64,000 nt of DNA, taken from the NCBI GenBank assembly GCA_907165135.1, contig OU015569.1, positions 868,001 through 932,000 of the forward strand, written 5' to 3'. Below the pieces are notes generated by a model. It had not been told where the DNA came from. It made no database searches and was given only the letters and a program-made list of their open reading frames with translations. Each line of letters starts with the position of its first letter. The first letter of the stretch is position 1. Positions 10,890 to 23,993 of the stretch are shown piece after piece. The position numbers and the translations under genes are program-made. The stretch comes from Oikopleura dioica (lineage: Eukaryota; Animalia; Chordata).

Positions 10890-13800
10890 TTACAACCAAT
10901 TCAAAAGTAAAACGGCGAGTCCGAAAATAAAGGCATTTACACAGGCAGATTGAGACGAGTTGGGCGAGACAGACTGGACCAGTGGTGAAATTTCAGGCAC
11001 GATAACAACTGGTCTTTTGGGCTGTTCGCTTCGCGGTCGAGGGCGAGCTCGGGAAGATCGCTGGGTTTTGGCGACTGGAGTTGTGCTGGTTGTGGTCTTC
11101 TTCGGCTCAGTGACTTCTGGCGTGGTAGTCCTTGTTGTCTCCTTTGGCTTCTTTTCTTGAACGCGGAGCTGGATTGAATGCCCTTCGCAAGTATTCTTTC
11201 CACTCGAACGAGCTATAAAAATATATAAACTCAAAATACGAAAAAGCGAAATAGCGAAAAATGAAAAGAAAGAATAGCGCTTTCATCTCTGGCGATAATA
11301 ATTATTGGTTGAATGGACTTACCGTAGTAATGGTATTCAGCGCCGAAGTTGAAGGTCGGCGCGCCCGGGATCGGCGAAAAGGGGATGATCTCGATGGAGT
11401 AGCGGCTGTCGCCGTCGGTTCTAGTGTATCGGCAGCGCCACACGAGTTCGGCTGGAAAAGGGTCAGTTAGTTAAAGGAACGGTCGCTGAGTAAATTTACC
11501 TTTGGCCAGGTCGGGGCAGTCCTTTCCCGCCGGGTCAATGCTCATGTCGATCTTGAACAGGTCGAGGTCTTCGTCTTCAGGGCACACAAAGTCGATCTTG
11601 TCGCGCATGCGCACCGAGTGATCATGTGAGGCACTGAAAAACAAACACGTTAATTGGATGAAAGAGGCAACATTCTCAGCGCATTTCGTACTGCATTACT
11701 CCCCCGGTTCGCTAATGAGGCTCCCTAATTACGAATTTTCAATTCTAGCGACAGATTTTTTATTGCCAACTTAGAATTTATTTTCATGGGCGGGGATTAA
11801 CCCCTGACGGGCACCTGTGCAAGCTCCAACACTCCAATAGCACTGCCCATGGTGCTTATCACGTCCGTCAAAGGTCGATTTCTCGCCACCACCTTTCCAA
11901 AAATAAACGCCTTCTTTCTTTTCTCCCCGATTTGTAGTGTTAACCCTAGCAAGAACTAAAATAGAGCTGCCACCAAGCCGCTACTAATGCATTTTAAATA
12001 TAGCCACAGGTTCCTCTTTTTTGGCTCAAGTGCTGCGAATTATTCAGCAATGGTTTCGAGTTAATGGTTATGGGTTTGGCGCGGCGCCCATAAGAAGGAA
12101 CACGCAAGTTCTATCTAAGTCAAACACGAAAGAGCGTGAGCAGAGATGCCTTGTCCAAGTGGCGGCGGGGAGGCACTTTGCGGCCGACGAAAAGGCGCCA
12201 GATTTCGTCTAAGCACTAATGGATCTACCTACGATTTTCCGGAACTATCATAACAATATCTCCCGCGTAGTATACTTCCCCAGCGCGCTACTGTTCCACA
12301 CTAGTTACAGTAACGGGGCTCATTATCAGCGCTATTAGCGCTGCGCTAAATGTTGCCTAACAGGCATCGATAAATGCGATACACATTTTTCGGGAATCAG
12401 GAATCAGGCTGGCTGCTCGCCAAGCCAAGGCGATATAATAACAGCAATTAGCCAAATTTCAGGCCCAATTTGAATTTACCTCCAAAAACTCGGAAAACGA
12501 AATCGATCTTTTCCCTCGATTTTTTCCGTCGATCGAAATTGAATCTAATTATCCCTCTTCCAGATTTTTGGCCAAGTCGATTGTAATTTCGGAATTTCCG
12601 GCAAAAGAAAAGATCCGAGCTTGATTTTGAAATCTTTCGAATCTGGTTTTGTTGCCAGATAATCCGGCTGAATGTTAATTGATCGCTCTAAGCCTGTCAA
12701 GGACTTGTCGTTCTCGTGCGAAGCGAAAGAAAAATCGACAGAAAAAAAAGCTCGATAAGATAAAGAAAAATTCGGCCCCAGAAAATCGGGAGGGACTTAC
12801 TTTATCCGCCCAGTCAATCTGTATTGGGCCAAGTATTTTCCGGAAGTAGGTGAACAATTTCACGCAAAAGTGGAACTTGCTCCTGTTTGCCCAGTTTCGA
12901 GAATATTGAGAATTGAGTATTGAGCATTAAATATTAATTTTCGGCTGACAATGAGGCAGCTAATCCATCACTTGAATGTTTGATAGGCTTGGGTGGCGCG
13001 TGGCCCCCTTCGAATCGTAGATAACGCTTCTTGTTGCCAAAATGGGGGATTTGGTGCAAAAAACGCAAAAGTTCAAGCGCCACATTCGAAATTAAGAACA
13101 AAGAACAGCTAACAGCCCCGCTTAGCTCAATTCAGAGACCCGGATTTCCTTTGGAGTGTGTCCCTAATTAAGCGGCAATCAATGATGAGGACCGCCAATG
13201 TGGTTATTCGGCGAAATTGTTTATTGGAAGCGGCTCGGAAGGGGCGACCTATGGCTCCCCTCCGCTCAATCATTGATCACCGCATTTCATCCCCTTTGGA
13301 AATAGATTTCATTTGACGAAATCAAAGCCATAATGAGCAACCCAGCCTTGTTACCGCAAAGGTCAGCACTACAATCGCACAATTACAAATTGGCAGATTC
13401 TAACTATTGGAAAATCGGGTGGTCAAAATTCGTAAAAAGAGTCCGAATAAAGGGCCTAAAGCCTACAAAGCTGACTCTACGAGTTCGAATGGCGGGGTAA
13501 GCTGAATGCGATCGCACTGTTTGCTCTTAAAACAAATCACAATGGATAAATACTGTAGTCAAGTTCCGCCAAGGGCCTTCAGGACTTCCTTTCGCGATCT
13601 CGGCTAAATCATGTCCCCTGGCAGCCACTTTCCCAGGAGAGAAGAAAAAGAACGAAATTCGTTGGAAGGAGCCTCTCGCTATTTTACGAAAAATAACAAA
13701 AGCCGGCAAATAGTAAATGGCTCTGCTTGTGTATAAATACGAAAAAAAGTGATGGTCTGTGGTACTGGTATTTGCTTTTTCAATTCAATCGAAAAGTATT

Positions 13801-14054
13801 TGTTGATCGAGTTTGATATGACTATTATAAACTTTTCAATTCAAAAAGAAAGTTTTTACTGCTTCCGCTGATGCTCTCGCCTCCGAAGAAAAAAGGAGAC
13901 TCCCCCGGGGCGATAAAAGTAATGTCAACGAGGCGAATGTAAAATTTGCTTACCCAGTTCTGAGGTGGATCGTCTTCGCGGGCCTCTGATAGCGCGTGCC
14001 CTCAACGACAAAGGCAGCTGCGGCGAGGTTGATAAGGATGAACATCATCTTCAT
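10890..14054 (-). CDS. EFNA-like: Ephrin, GPI-anchored (ephrin-A-like), with a 2.3-kb first intron
   Basis: Signal peptide MKMMFILINLAAAAFVVEG spliced in phase 2 to ...RDKIDFVCPE...VWRCRY...IIPFSPIPGAPTFNFGAEYHYY...TCEGHSIQLRVQ. A Thr/Pro stalk and hydrophobic C-terminus with no cytoplasmic tail follow. Confidence 0.75.
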
Positions 14055-14513
14055 CACTTGCTTTTTCTAGAGCTTCTTCTTTTTCTGTTCCGATCTCTTG
14101 CTTCTTCAAAGGTCTCTTTGTCCGTGATTTGGCGCGAGTGTGTTTACGCTTCCGTGGAGAAAAGGGATGAAACTAACCCGGTGTCTCCTGGCTAACGAAG
14201 CTGTATGTGCTGCTCTGGCCTTTAGCTATCGCTGGCAAAATAGAATCGCAAAAAAAAAATTACGAGATGGCGCTAATTTGTAGCGTAGGGCGCTAGCGCG
14301 CTAAATCGCGCGCTCAAGCTCACTCACTTCTCGGCTTATGCGCCTATCGAGCTGCTCAGGCCAGCTGGTGATTTTTATCGTCCTCGTATACTGATAATTT
14401 TTACGTGGCAACTTACGAACTTTATGTTAATAACAAAAAGGACCTCGAAGATAATCGGGAATAATTGATTCTTACTGCAAAATAAGGGCGTAATCATTTT
14501 CGAACATTTTGAA

Positions 14514-14622
14514 CTAGGCTTGAAAACCTGTGTAAAAAACCTGAGTCAGGATTTTTTGAAAAAGGCGCTCTGCGGCTTTTAATTTAAGCTTTTTGGATCC
14601 TGACTCAGGTTTTTTAGACAGG
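14514..14622. mobile_element. Degenerate short MITE family A copy
   Basis: AACCTGTGTAAAAAACCTGAGTCAGG ... CCTGACTCAGGTTTTTTAGACAGG. Confidence 0.75.
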
Positions 14623-15109
14623 AAAAAAGGCGAAAATGACTACGAAATGCGTCGTCAAATTCTGAGTATCGAACAAATTAGATTCCAAATTGGCAACTTT
14701 TTCTATGACTAAAATATAAATATTTTTGATGCCGCCAGTTCCGAATTTTGGTTCAGAGAGAACGATTCTGGGGATGTGGGAAAGATTCAAAAGAAGATTG
14801 TTGATTTGGGAATTTTGAAAGTTCATGCGCAGTCTCCAGCCGAGATCAGTGCTCCGTCCAAAAGTGCCGCGGTTCGAGATTTTCTCGCCAAGCTGCACGA
14901 GAACTCCCTGTTTGCATTTGGAAGTTTGCTCTTTGAAGTCAAATTTATAAAACAAACACTGCCTACAGACAACACTGCGCTTAGGGGAACGCTTTTTTTT
15001 CATACTTTTTTTTGTCTGAACAGCGCGTTTGTAGTCTTGTTTGGCGGTGATTTTATGCCTCATTTCAAAGACTTTCTAATTTGGACTTTCAATTTTGGAT
15101 ATTTGAGAT

Positions 15110-15328
15110 CTCGGCTCGGCAACCTGTATAAAAAACCTGAGTCAGGCTTTGGACGATATTTAACGAAAAGCCGCGTAGCGGCTTTTTCTAAAACGAAGCC
15201 GCAAAGCGGCTTTGCCAGAATTTCAGAGTAGCTTTGCGGCTTCGTTTTAGAAAAAGCCGCTTCGCGGCTTTTCGTTAAATATCGTCCAAACCCTGACTCA
15301 GGTTTTTTACACAGGTTGCCGAGCCGAG
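15110..15328. mobile_element. MITE family A copy, near-perfect 219-bp palindrome
   Basis: CTCGGCTCGGCAACC...GGTTGCCGAGCCGAG; arms of about 100 bp; TSD TTTGAGAT/TTTGAAAT. Confidence 0.9.
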
Positions 15329-16021
15329 TTTGAAATCACAATTTGGAACTCTCCTTTTTCAGAATTTAAAATAAGCGTGAGAAATTCTTGGTCAACTTGA
15401 GATTCAAGTTCTTTAATTGTATTTGGCTCGTTTGTCATTCGTAATTTTGCAGCGGGTCGATAGTTTGATAAGCCTTTTTTACGAGAGAGAATGAGTAGCC
15501 TTCAGATTAAAAATGAGTAGATTTAACAGTTTTATTATGTTTCTATTATGCTTTTGACAGATCAAATTTTGCTCAGCAAAATTTATAATTTAAGAGCTCT
15601 GAGCTCAAAAATTATATGGTTATTGGCACATCTGATAATTCTGATGGAGTTTCGGTTATTTTGCGATACTGGTTATGCTGTTTACTCGAGAGGATTAAAG
15701 ATTCATAAGTGGGAACCATAATGATGCGTAAATTATGGATGGGCGAACTGCGCAACTCCAGGGCTACTACTATTTGCTCACTCGTATAAATGTTTATGGG
15801 GTTTTGTGTATCTGGAAGACGTTATTGTCCGTGACCGATGAGTGCATCCGGCGCCATTGAAGGCCTTTGAAGCGCCGCTCCCCGAATTAGGCTACGTATG
15901 CCTCCTCTTTTTTGATGATACCATCGTACTATATATTCCCTTCCGCTCACTTTGAGATCAATTTGATCTTTTTTTTTCACTTCCAAAGGGAAATTCTAGC
16001 TTTTTTTTTCCATTCTTCTAT

Positions 16022-16324
16022 GCTGAAAAAACACTGTAAAAAACCTGAGTCAGGATTTGAAAGTGCTAAATAAAAAGCCGCGTAGCGGCTTTTAAAAAAT
16101 CGAAGCCGCGAAGCGGCTTCGCGAAAATAACCATTGATATAATTCTTAAGGGTGTCCACATCGATTGAGTTAGGGAAAGTGTCTAAAATGCGGACGCAAA
16201 AATGACGAAATCGATGTTGACACCCTTAAGAACTACGCGGCTTCGTTTTCTAAAGGCCGCTAGTCGGCAATTTATCTATCATTTTCAAATCCTGACTCAG
16301 GTTTTTACACAGCATGCTGACCAC
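16022..16324. mobile_element. MITE family A copy carrying a nested TTAA element; ends approximate
   Basis: CCTGAGTCAGG / CCTGACTCAGG arms and GCCGC-N3-GCGGC hairpin modules. Confidence 0.75.
16150..16225. mobile_element. 76-bp TTAA-flanked MITE (GG...CC ends, Kolobok-like)
   Basis: TTAA|GGGTGTCCACATCGATT...AATCGATGTTGACACCC|TTAA. Confidence 0.7.
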
Positions 16325-17523
16325 AGGAATCGTTGATTCTTTCTCATGGAAAGTCTAAGATCCTGTGATGATTTTTACGTCAATCCTTGATTCCATTCGA
16401 TAAGCTCATTACAAGCAAGGGACAAGCACTTTCCACTTGTTCGAAAATCAAGTTTATTCAATAAACTATTATTGAATAAAACTCAGCTGCAGCTTCTATT
16501 TTGAATTGAAGAATAACGTCAAGGATTATGTTGACCGGGCTTTTTTTTAAAGCCGTCTTCTGCGTTGTTAAACTCGACAAAATTGACTGCTTCCTACTTG
16601 AGCGCTGATTTATGAATATTGTCAACGGCGAGCGCCAAATAAATTGATTCTGAAGTCATCAAACTGATTTTAAAATGTTGAATTTGATTAGTTTTTAGCG
16701 CGCTTATTTGCGGATGTCTGTATTGAGGATGCCTGTAGGAGACAATTATGAAAATCGGGAGGAAGGAAGATCAACTCTATTTGCGACTAATTTGTGGGAA
16801 AGTTCGAGATGTTTAGCTTTTGGATCAGGAGGCGGATCACGACTCGACGCGATAAAAGTTTTTGACAGTTGAGCTTGAGTTGGAGAAAGAGAGAACGAGC
16901 CTCCCCATCTGACAATATTGACAATTACGGCGGCCTTGGCAGTTCGCTTTTCTTGCTTCTCAAATTTGTTTTCAGCTTTTGCAGCACCCCTATCTCTGGG
17001 ATCATCGACAGGCCCCGGAAGTGAACATCTGATAGCTTATTCGCATCCTAAGAAACACTGCCTCAGCAGCCACGATTCTTGCCATTATAGCGAGAATGAT
17101 GGCCTGTCTGAACTTCTGAAGCCGGCAAATCCATCACCGGATCGTTTTTTCTTTCTGAGAAAGTGAGTTTTTTTTTCGCCGCGAAAGATGTGCCACGCCG
17201 TCAGGATTGATAGTCTGGTCTCTTGCTGAGCGGCGCGTTTTTAATCCCGTTGATCCGCAGTTTTGGAACTTCTCCCTCTGGAGAAGCGTCATCAGACCGT
17301 CTTTCAGAGGCTCCCACGCTCGACACCCTCTTTGAAGAGAGAGAGGGACGAGATTTGTTTTCAGAATCCAAGTGGGGATCACACTTGACATGACTGCGCT
17401 CAGTACTAATGCTCCCTTACGCTCCAAAAATGAAACAAAGCAAACATCAGTCGCACAAGCTTCGAAGTTTGCAAAACAGCTTTAATCCCTTCTCAGTCTA
17501 AAAAAGCAAAAGAAGGCCACCCC

Positions 17524-17656
17524 CTAGGCTTGGAAGATTGTGTAGAAAACCTGAGTCAGGTTCTGAAGGATCTGAAACGAAAAGCCGCGTAGCGGCTTTT
17601 CATAAAAGATCTTCCAAACCCTGACTCAGGTTTTCTACACAAGTTACCGAGTCCAT
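17524..17656. mobile_element. MITE family A copy (133 bp, one internal hairpin module)
   Basis: TIR cores plus AAAAGCCGCGTAGCGGCTTTT. Confidence 0.8.
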
Positions 17657-20600
17657 TATCTGCTTGTAAGCTACAACTGTAATCTATTCTCGAAGAGGGT
17701 AGAAGAGGGAGTGTCGAGTAATTGCGCTGCCAAAATGAAAATTTCGCCAATGATTGATATGGCATTTGGGGATATCGCTTTTTAGGTTGGAGGATAATAA
17801 TTTTCGTCGTCTTCTTGACACGAACATGCAGTTAATTTATCACTGCGCGGAAATTTAAGCCTGACAACCCTCATGACGCGGTGAACCAAAACACTGCCTT
17901 TCTTTCAAAAAAAAACGATCCTTGATTTTTACGGCTGATCGAGAATACTCACTTTTGAGAGTGTATCCGCAAATGTATATCGGCCGATATACCCTTAGGT
18001 GAGCATAAAACGCAGTCTATCGCGGTGATATACAAGCATTACTCCGTGAGAAAGGGAAGGACGTCACATAGACGGCGGGAACATGCGTGGATTCATCCCT
18101 TTCTCCGCTTTTCGATCTCAGCAGGATACTGCGCCTTATCGCTCAAAGCTCACCACAATCACCGCCTGCTTTTATCGAATTCGCGATGATGAGCGGTTCC
18201 CGGAACCACAATCTCGCCTAACGTAAAATCATCTTTTCCAGCGAGAAAACTGCAGTGAATGAAGAATGAAGCCGTGAGAGTTGTAAAAATCAGCGGCGGG
18301 CTGGAGGTCAATTTGGCGTAAAAATATTTAGACTTCGATTGCGCCAAGTAAATCATTCCGATCGCGCCATAAAACCTTCCGAGCCCTTGTAACTAGCGTT
18401 GTCCCCCAAATATTTACCCCGTGCAGTTTTTCGCCTGGCCCTAGCACTCCTCCTGCTCAATAAAAGATGCTCTACCTCTCGCTACAGCAAATTTTGGAAT
18501 GGCACAAGTGGATGCTCAGCTGTTTGAAAGCGTCGGCGATCCGTTTGAAAAAGGAGGATGAGCGCATGAGCGCATGTACCCCACGCCTTCTTCTTTTGAT
18601 CACAGCACCGGGCGAAATTCTAGACCAAATTCTTACTTGCTGTATTGCGTTGAAACCCTAACCACCAATTTTCAAGACTTGTTTATTACAGCCTCCTCCT
18701 CCTCTTGGCCCTTGTCTGAGCCCATCTTTCACCCATTTTTTCACCATAATTTGAAAAGTCGCTGGGAAAAAAACACTCCCAGGAGGAATTATAATTAAAA
18801 CACACATCGGAGTAAAAATCTAAGGCGGGCGGAAAATCTGTGGGCTCCTAGATTGAAGCTCTAGATTGAAGATTGCTTCAGTGAGTTACTGTCTGGCAGA
18901 ACTCTTCTTTGTTAATTTCGAAACAGGTGAATAGTGTCCATGTGGTTGAGCTTTGTTGACTTAGAGCTCAGCAGCATGCTTGTGCTGTCTAAACACGGGG
19001 AAAGTAAAAAGGAAAGTGAAGACAGAACGCTCATTTAGGGTCAGTGACATCTCCCTGCTAAACTCAAACGAAGGGGGTAAATGCCCCGAAATTCGGAAAA
19101 AAAGGAAGTTCGATATTTTCGCCCGCGTTTTCCCCAAATTTGCCTGTTTGGACTTTTGGAGCTTCCCACTGTGCTCCTCAATAATGATCCAAAAGTCCAT
19201 CTGTCCGAGTCTCCGAGAAATTGATCACTTCCAGTTGATCGATGCTGTTCCTGCTTCTTTGAAACGCTTCCGGCTTTTTTCTGTAGCTTCATTTTTCGCC
19301 TGTAGGAGCAGTGCATTATGGTGATTGATTAATATTAGTAAGGGCTGTTTGTTTAGTGCTCACTAATTTGTCAAGTAAGAGTTGCGTTTTTATTGTGTTG
19401 AATTAGACCACCACGACCGCGAGCGATAGGATGACCTAGAACCACGGCCCTGGAATTAGAATTGGAGAATCGAAAATAGGCCATCGCCAAATTGAACCCT
19501 GTATCACTGTCACACATAGTTTACTGATAAAAAAACGCGATAAGGGAGGAGACCATAAAAATGTAAATTGACCAATTGCATGCTGATTTTTTGGAGGAAA
19601 TGAAGCGTTCAATCTGAGAACTGGAATTCCAGCTCTAGAACGACCGTGACCGGAAATGATGGAAATGCGAGCTGTAAGAGATCTGTAAGAGATTTATATC
19701 TCCTTTTATTAAAGATCTGCCAGCGATAATTTTAGCACTTCCGAGGATCAACAACTGCTCGAAATAGAATCTCTTGGTGTTAGTTTCTCATCCCTTCAAT
19801 GCTAAAAACATGCATCTTCAAGTGGCGAAAATCAAGCTTGGCACTTGATTTCATAATTGTATCAAAAATATTTATAAAATAAAAAAATGTGCAACTCTCG
19901 CTTTTTCGTTCCATTATCGCATATTCACTTTGAATTAGCAATTAACGATAGATGATTAACATTTCAGGTTATCGCGAAAATAAGAATAATGCCGGTACTA
20001 CAAAATACAACGCAGCATGTTTTGAGGAATTAGGAATTGCTTTGCTTTACATATTTATTAAATTAAGAAATATCCCATTTAGATATCTGATAAGCAGGAA
20101 GCCAGTTCTGAATGCATGGGAATTCTCATGCTTCTCTTTTTGCATCTCAACATGGGAACAACTGCTGATTGCTCAATATCAAATGGTTAACAATATCAAT
20201 AATGATGGCTTCCTTTCATTCAAGAAAAAGGAAGGAGGGAGCAAAATATCGTAAATTAATGATATTTTTTCAGCGCGATTTTTAGGTTCCCAGCTCGGGA
20301 AAACGCAGCGCCAAAGCTTCCCGAGGAGTAAAAAAAAGTACTCGAGATGAGAAAAAGGATCGAAATAGTCCTTCTTCTTCCATCGTTTTTCTTATAATTC
20401 ATAAGTTATGAATTATTGTCGATCTCCAATTGTAAATTTTATTAGTTATCATCAAGTTGTCTGGAAGCCAAAATTTGGCATGTTTTGCTTTGGTACTTCA
20501 AAAGAAGCTATTTGGAAATCGCCCTCGCCGGTGCCACTTTGTCTCAGCTTTTCGGAGTTTTACAAGTTGGAAAATCACAACAATCGAATGATTCGTCCAT

Positions 20601-21100
20601 TGTGTCAGCTGCGGCTTATGCTCAAACAAAACAAAACACACAAAACATATGAGTGTGATATGTTCATAAGATTAGTCGTTTAGAACGGCAGACGTCTATT
20701 TTTCGCCAAGTATTTACGATTAACCCAGGGAATCAAAATAAAAATTCTTTCTTTCTTGAATTTACAATTTGTTAAAAACAGCGTTTTCAGAATCACTGAT
20801 AGCGTTTTTTACGATTCTAGCAGCTCGTGCTCGGTGCTAAAAGCACTTCAAAGGCGCGGGCTTTATTTTTGCTGGCTTAAACTTCTCATAATGTCAAATC
20901 GTTTGTTTGAAATTAGCTAATTACTTCATAATGTTTTTAACGGAAATAATGTTTTGTGGTCGTGCGTAGACGTCGAGCGATTTTATGATGGTTTATGATG
21001 TCAAAAAAGAGAACCAGGAAACACACTTGACATAGAAGACAATTAAAAATAGAAATGTAGTCACCGGGAAAATATGACTAGAGTCGTAGAAGGTTGGGCC

Positions 21101-21297
21101 CGGTAGTAGAGAGGGGCTATCATTCGCGCCATCCAATATCTCTAGAATCTTGGCTAGTGGTTAGGGTTAGGAACTGGGAACTCTTAAGGGGTCCGGGGGC
21201 GAAGCCCCTGGCTTAGGCCTAAGGTGGGGGACCCGGGGGCGTAGCCCCTGGGTTAGGTTTAGGATTAGGGAAGCTCGAATGATAACCCCTACTACCG
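21101..21297. mobile_element. MITE family B (G-rich, GGGGTCCGGGGGCGAAGCCCC core, TTAGGG-like motifs)
   Basis: Imperfect TIR GGTAGTAG..GGGGCTATCATTCG / CGAATGATAACCCCTACTACC; homologous to 31785-31993. Confidence 0.7.
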
Positions 21298-21359
21298 AAA
21301 ATATGACGAGAGTTGTAGAAAGTTGTAGAAAGCCGTGAAAAGTAACCTTTTATTTTCGC

Positions 21360-21406
21360 TCTTTCAGACCCTGACTTAGGTTTTGTTAACAGGTTGCCGA
21401 GACAAG
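21360..21406. mobile_element. Solo right arm of MITE family A
   Basis: CAGACCCTGACTTAGGTTTTGTTAACAGGTTGCCGAG. Confidence 0.7.
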
Positions 21407-22458
21407 CTAGAAGTTTGGATCGCTGGAGAAAGAGTGAGGGCCGAAATCGGATTAGCGTCCATTCTTGGATCACCCTCCTTCTCCTCGTCGATGGTGCAGC
21501 TGCTGTGCCGCGAAGAATGGAAAGAGTCAGGTGCTCTTCGTTTTTATTTTAAATATTGCCCATTGACAAGAAACGGAAGCTGTTATCATAGCGGTTTATC
21601 CGCCTCGCGACAGAAAAAGAAGAAGTAATCCGCTTCCAAAAGTGGCCTGCTTCTGCCCCTCAGCTGAGGAAATAACCGCCGCTCTATTGTCTTTCATGGA
21701 AAGTCGAGTTGACTTCCAGAGGTTTTTTTTCCTTTCGCGAGCATGTTTTTGTTGGTATACTTATGCCGCGCAGCTGTGCATGAAATGAAGATGCAAATGA
21801 GCACAAACACACAAATACTCAACTTCTTAGTGTCCTCAATTTTTTAAGCCACGATTAGCTGCTATTTTGTCAATTTCGGCCTCCTCCAATTTCGACGGAT
21901 TAAAACTCTGGATCGTAATTTTCATTAAAAATCCGCCCCGGTATCACCCGTGCCTAGAAGTCTAGAGCTGGCTAAAAGTGAGTGACAGTTGGCTGTCGCC
22001 GAATTAGAATAATCTATCCGCCTTGTCACTGCCGGATTTGATGAAGCAGAATCGCCAAATCCTTACGCACCATTTCCACGCCAAAAATAATTAATAACTT
22101 GGCTGCTCCTTGCTCTCGGACACAATAAGTTGCTACCAGAAGTAGCAGCGACTGTAAATCTGGACTGATGTACAGTAGTTAATCTAAGTTGGCTGAACTT
22201 TGCGCGTGCATAACTCAACTTCCGCCTTCGCCACTATAAAGAACTCTTTGACAGCTCCCGAGAGCGAGACTCGAATCCAAGGCAGTCCCGTGCCTGACCC
22301 ACATTGCCAGCTCAAATATCAACAGAAGAGTCTCCAAGAAACATAATAACTGAGAAACTCAGTTTCAAAATCCAACTCTGGACAATCCGAATCTTGGAAT
22401 CACAAAAAAGAGATGTGTGGTTGACAAGTTCTTGGGCAGAACTTCTGATTAACTGAGT

Positions 22459-22627
22459 CAGGTGCTGGGAAACCTGTGTAAAAACCTGAGTCAGGGTCTC
22501 GAAAAAAGCTTTGATAAAAAGCCGCTTTGCGACTTTATTTCAAAACATTCAAACAGCCGCGAGAATTAAAGAAAAAAGCTTGAAATGGAAACCCTGACTC
22601 AGGGTTTCAACACAGGTTTATTCCCTG
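22459..22627. mobile_element. Degenerate MITE family A copy
   Basis: AACCTGTGTAAAAACCTGAGTCAGGG ... ACCCTGACTCAGGGTTTCAACACAGG. Confidence 0.75.
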
Positions 22628-22975
22628 ACTGAATTGTTGGTGCGTATTTCGCTCGAGAAAGTACCGAAATCCGTTGCTTTTCTATTTAGTGCTTAGTTGT
22701 TAATCTCGGTTCCGCCGCGGTGTCTGACGAAACCAGCACTCTCCCTCCGCCCCTCTCGTAAATGATTTTTTTACTATTGCCAGGAAGTAGTGAGTGGTGC
22801 CGCCTGAGTTAGGAAACTACCGAGTTCTATAATCTTAGATGGTTCCTGGGTCGTATATAGATCCGTCCAGGAAGTGATCAAAAATACTTCTGAGGGCGAA
22901 AATAAAGACTTTGTTTTATTAATGTCACATCAAATCGGCCGAATGGGGCGAGAAACATACATTTCCTTCTGTCAG

Positions 22976-23785
22976 TTTGTCTCTAGAAGAGGCCCGGCAA
23001 AGCGAGTTGTTTTTCAGTTGACGCTCACTTCTTCACTTTTCGAAGTTGGAAAGTCCGCGCCGCACTACTTTCAGGTAAATCGCGTTTTAATTAATTAGTT
23101 AATTAATTTTATTAAATTAAGAAATATTTTATTAATAATTTTTCTTCAGACGCCCGAGCTAAAAGACTGAAATACGAGGAAGCCTCAATCGAAAGAGCAA
23201 AACTCCCGAAAAGTCGTGGATGAAAACATGACTCGTAAAAACACCAAGTTCCCTCTAACGATCCTTTCAAAGGATTTTCCGTTTACTGTTACCTGAATAA
23301 AATCAATTTCCAATTTTTTATTCTAGTGAATAAAGATGCTCAAGTTTTGATAACTGGCTAGAATTTCTAACCAAGTTTTCTTCCTTGATCATCTTTTTTT
23401 CGTCTCATTTTTTGCATGTTTCATATTTTTGTCGAGCAGAATTAGCAAATACAGTACAATACAGATTCAATAAATGACTCGCGAGAACTGTACATTTCCA
23501 AGTTCTTTGAAAAATAAATAGCGCTTTGTTAAGTGACAAGCTGAGAATAATTATTCCAAACTTTCAAAATGAGCGACTTGTCCAGTGCATATTTCATCAG
23601 CTATCGACTCGTGTGTACTCCTCCTCAGTCAGCGTAAAAAGCATTTCTAGCGCCAGAGTCTTTGTTGATTCCAAAATGCTCGGAAAAGAGAGACTTTGGC
23701 CAGAAAGTGAGGAGCAATCGCGCGGATTGTATGCAAAACGAGCTCTTGAAATCTGAACAGCGGAAGCGAAGAGAAAACACGAATT
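22976..23785 (-). repeat. About 0.81-kb dispersed repeat, copy 2
   Basis: Reverse complement of 9363-10192 (e.g. TTTGTCTCTAGAAGAGGCCCGGCAAAGCGAG vs CTCGCTTTGCCGGGCCTCTTCTAGAGACAAA). Confidence 0.85.
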
Positions 23786-23993
23786 GCATTATGCTGAGAA
23801 TTTCAAATGGAAAAAAGAAAGGGTCGATCCCGCGCAGACGAACAGATCGCTGATCAAAGCAAGCAATTAAGTAATCAGCGCGCCGTCTGCGAAAATCTCA
23901 GCTGCTTCCTAGAATAAGTAGCCCCTTCCGACCGTAATCATCAAAACAGTTTCACTTGACAGTCAAACAAAATAAAAAAAAAAACAACAAAAA

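Noticed and set aside
14614-15231. Overlapping 149-aa and 151-aa ORFs
   Set aside because: No recognisable motif, both run into MITE sequence, and no convincing splice structure.
18046-18112. GAGAAAGGGA...TCCCTTTCTC hairpin as a pre-miRNA or ncRNA
   Set aside because: Only about 10 bp of clean stem; the interior pairs poorly.
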